Shown here: piece after piece, positions 7,005 through 9,931 of the stretch
Layout: every line of letters begins with the position of its first letter
Position numbering within the stretch: the first letter of the stretch is position 1
NCBI RefSeq assembly: GCF_006345805.1
Contig: NW_021827622.1
Location: forward strand, 1 to 9,931
Origin: Octopus sinensis
Lineage: Eukaryota
Length of the DNA stretch: 9,931 nucleotides
Reading direction: 5' to 3'
Program-made: the position numbers and the translations under genes
The notes under the pieces: model-generated
What the model was told of the DNA's origin: nothing
Database searches by the model: none
Seen by the model: the letters and a program-made list of their open reading frames with translations, nothing else

Positions 7005-7056
7005 AAAATTCCTAGTAATACCATTAGAGTATTCTAATGGTATTACTAGGAATTTT
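7005..7056. repeat. 52-bp palindrome with perfect 24-bp arms and a 4-nt centre
   Basis: AAAATTCCTAGTAATACCATTAGA-GTAT-TCTAATGGTATTACTAGGAATTTT. Confidence 0.97.
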
Positions 7057-7086
7057 GACCTTAAAATTTTGGGAAAAAATGCGGGT

Positions 7087-7513
7087 TTCTTTTGTCTTTT
7101 GCTTCTTTCAGTCATTAGGATGTGACCATACTGGGGCACCGCCTTGAAGAATTTTTAGTCGAATGAATCAATCCCAGGTTTCTGTTAAGCCTGGCAATTA
7201 TCCTGCCGGTCTCTTAGGCCGAACCGCTAAGTTACGAGGACGTAAACACACCAACAACGCTTATCAAGAAGTACTGAAGAAAAACATTATACAAAGATAC
7301 ATACACACACAAACACACACACACACACAACACACACACACACACACATACAAGTATATACGACGCGCTTCTTTCAGTTTCCGTCCACCAAATCCACTCA
7401 CAAAGCTTTAGTCTGCACGAGGCTGTAGCAGAAGACACTTGCTCAAGGCGCTATGAAATGGAACTGAACTTGGAACCTTGTGGTTGGGAAATAAGCTTCT
7501 TATCACACAGCCA
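7087..7513 (-). mobile_element. Near full-length tRNA-derived SINE, same family as 1313-1732
   Basis: The minus strand begins TGGCTGTGTGATAAGAAGCTTATTTCCCAACCACAAGGTTCCAAGTTCAGTTCC, has an internal (TG)n, and ends TTCTTCAAGGCGGTGCCCCAGTATGGTCACATCCTAATGACTGAAAGAAGC. Confidence 0.92.
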
Positions 7514-7580
7514 AGAGGGTGCACCAGTGTGGCCGCTATCCAATGAGTGGAATCTGTATTTAAGCCATAAAAGAAGAGAT
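7512..7580 (+). mobile_element. Degenerate 3'-terminal tail fragment abutting the head of the minus-strand SINE
   Basis: AAGAGGGTGCACCAGTGTGGCCGCTATCCAATGAGTGGAATC aligns to the AAGGCGGTGCCCCAG...GGCCGCAGTC.AATGACTGAA module. Confidence 0.6.
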
Positions 7581-7800
7581 CTTTCATATGATTAACTACG
7601 AAAGTCGGATATGCTTCTCTACTAACTGCCAAAACTTTTGTGCTTTTGTCCTCGAGTTGTAGTTTCACAACGATACTAAACGGATATTTATTAGACAAAT
7701 AGTTTAGGATATTTGTCTTAAAACACTGCGTATTTTTACTATTATTACGCCTGCTTTCTTTCCGATCCTGGGTCTGCTACCAGTCTCTTTGCACTTCGCC

Positions 7801-7801
<1 letters not shown>

Positions 7802-7858
<57 letters not shown>
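7802..7858. repeat. (TC)n microsatellite
   Basis: Direct reading. Confidence 0.97.
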
Positions 7859-7860
<2 letters not shown>

Positions 7861-7924
7861 CGTTTGTTCATCTTATTTTTGTTTTTCCAATCTATGGTGA
7901 AATAGCTAAATTGGCCGTACTATT

Positions 7925-8027
7925 TTCTCTATCTGTCCCTCTCTCTTTCTCACTCTACCTCTTCTACTCTCTCGTTGCTCACACGTGATCACCGTCCATC
8001 TTTCTTTTCCTAATTTGAGAGTCTTTC
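7925..8027. repeat. Diverged inverted homologue of 252-352 (same unclassified family)
   Basis: A hand alignment gives about 75/103 identities. The CACGTG-containing 40-nt core matches 33/40. Confidence 0.75.
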
Positions 8028-8279
8028 GTTCCTTTTGATCTGCCACACGGATCAGACGTATTCTTCTCTCTCCTCTCCTATCTCTTCTCCTGTCAAAGCT
8101 TCTTCCTCCAGCGTTCGCCACCTCACCTCGTTATGGTTTAGCAGCCCTTATTGTTTGTTTTCACTGTCCTGTTTTTTTTTACTATTATTACGCCTTTGAC
8201 CCTTCGCAATCCCAAATTTTATGTTGCTTTGCCGGAAGCAACTGTTTTCTCGGAGACACATATTGTCGTAATTGCCCGA

Positions 8280-8418
<139 letters not shown>

Positions 8419-8419
<1 letters not shown>

Positions 8420-8625
8420 CCATCAACTTTTCTCTCACTCTTTATTCCTTTTTCTGTTGTACTTCTATTTCAAAGAGCCAGCCTTGTCACACTCTGTGTC
8501 ACGCTGAATCTCCCCGAGAACTACGTGCTTTTGGAGTGCTCAGCCACTTGCACGTTAATTTCACGAGCAGGCTGTTCCGTTGATAAGATCAACTGGAACC
8601 CTCGTCGTCATAACAAATGGAGTGT
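8419..8625 (+). mobile_element. 3' portion of a SINE, same family as 635-986, opposite orientation
   Basis: Colinear with the reverse complement of about 640-860 (e.g. GTGTCACGCTGAATCTCCCCGAGAACTACGT, ACGAGCAGGCTGTTCCGTTG, GGAACCCTCGTCGTC). It has a 13-nt internal deletion at 8526. Confidence 0.92.
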
Positions 8626-8839
8626 CACGATATATATATATATAATAAAATAGGGTAATAACAAATTATTATTACCAGTGGCCTAGCACTGGAAATAGTT
8701 AGAAACTGCGGTCTGGGAAATAGTTGAGATGGTAAACGTTTTTAATTTTCATTCCTTTCGTGAATTTACCTTTGTTGTGGTGTTGAGATTTCTATGCTCT
8801 TTCATACAAACGCTTTCCTATTTGGAAGCCTCTTTTTGG

Positions 8840-8962
8840 TTTATATATATATAATATCATATATTATATATATATTTATATATATATATTATATATGTAT
8901 GTATATATGTTATGTTATTATATATATATTATATAGGTATGTATGTATATATATACATGTAT
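8840..8962. repeat. Degenerate (TA)n/(TATG)n tract
   Basis: Direct reading. Confidence 0.88.
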
Positions 8963-9001
8963 ACTTCAAATTTACAGAAAACAAAAGACGAATACTATAT
9001 A

Positions 9002-9931
9002 TTGGGTTGTCCGGAAAGTTCGTTATAGTAGCTTAACTTTCGACTTATTTTAGAACATGGTTGAGTCCATAAATTAGGATTTGACTACACCTCCATTTAG
9101 AGCACAGTTTAAGCTATCTTTTCGTGGAAGAAGGTTTCTGTTCCTATAACCTGTGTTAATTCTGTAAAATGGAAGATAAGAAAGTTCATTTTCGGCACTT
9201 GATGCTTTTCTTTTTCCGTAAAGGGAAAAATGCCTCACAAGCAACCAAAGAGATATGCGCAGTTTACGTTGATGTTTTTTTATCCGAAAGAACCATACGG
9301 AAGTAGTTCGCATGCTTCCGTGCTGGAGATTGTTGCCTTATTGATAAAGAGTGATCAGGCAGATCATCCACTACAGATGATGACCAAATTAAGTCATTAA
9401 TTGAGAATAACCCACATTGCACAACCCGAGTATTAGTAGAAAGCCTCAACCTATCAAAATCCGTCGTTCATGAACACCTGATAAAGCTTGAGTACACAAA
9501 TCGCAACGATGTTTGGGTATCACATGAGTTGAGTGAGAAGAACCTTTTGGATCACATTTCATTGTGATTATCTTTATAAATGGAATGAAAACGTGCCGTT
9601 TTTAAAGCAAATTGTGACAGGTGATGAGAAATGGATTATCTACCGAAATGTTCAAAGAAAGCGATACTGGAATAAGCGACATGAGTCAGCGTTAGCCACC
9701 CCAAAAGCGGGTCTTCACCCTAAAAAAGTCTTGCTTTGTGTCTGGTGGGATTAAAAAGGAATTCTGTACTATGAGCTTCTCCCAAGTAACCAGACAATTA
9801 ATTCTGAGAAATACTGCACACAACTGGACGAGTTAAAAGCACATTCAAGAGAAACCTCCAGAATTGACCAACAGGAAGGGTGTTTTTTCCAACATGATAA
9901 TGTAAGGCTGCACGTTTCTTTGCGACCAGAC
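9002..9931 (+). mobile_element. Mariner DNA transposon (mellifera-like subfamily), left part
   Basis: A TA dinucleotide (9000-9001) is followed by the TIR-like TTGGGTTGTCCGGAAAGTTCGT, and the transposase begins 167 bp further in. The right TIR lies outside the window. Confidence 0.93.
9169..9931 (+). pseudogene. Inactivated mariner transposase
   Basis: MEDKKVHFRHLMLFFFRKGKNASQATKEICAVY..., WVSHEL, TGDEKW (D at 9623), LHPKKVLLCVWWD, KGILYYELLP, ELTNRKGV, HDN (D at 9896). Stops at 9304, 9352 and 9752. Frameshifts near 9562, 9842, 9888 and 9923. Confidence 0.96.

Noticed and set aside
7906-8121. Arg-rich 71-aa minus-strand ORF
   Set aside because: It is a by-product of GA-rich low complexity.
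9169-9931. SETMAR or another domesticated transposase gene
   Set aside because: There is no SET domain, a TIR and TA are present, and there are multiple stops and frameshifts.

Overview
This is AT-rich, repeat-dense eukaryotic DNA, probably intronic or intergenic, with no intact recognisable host gene. I recall the SINE families as typical of Octopus genomes, so a cephalopod origin is my inference and is unverified. The window holds at least ten tRNA-derived SINE copies or fragments from about four families, a CR1/Jockey-type LINE reverse-transcriptase relic (3205-3390), and the left part of a decayed mellifera-type mariner transposon (9002 to the window end). It also has many microsatellites. 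The features least explained by standard annotation are: (i) an element with 22-bp inverted repeats around a purine-rich core (284-572), with a diverged inverted homologue at 7925-8027; (ii) a SINE whose B-box module is triplicated at an exact 184-bp period; (iii) an unassigned 161-codon Cys-rich open frame on the minus strand (4756-5241); (iv) a 52-bp near-perfect palindrome (7005-7056); and (v) several head-to-head SINE junctions and inverted SINE pairs.
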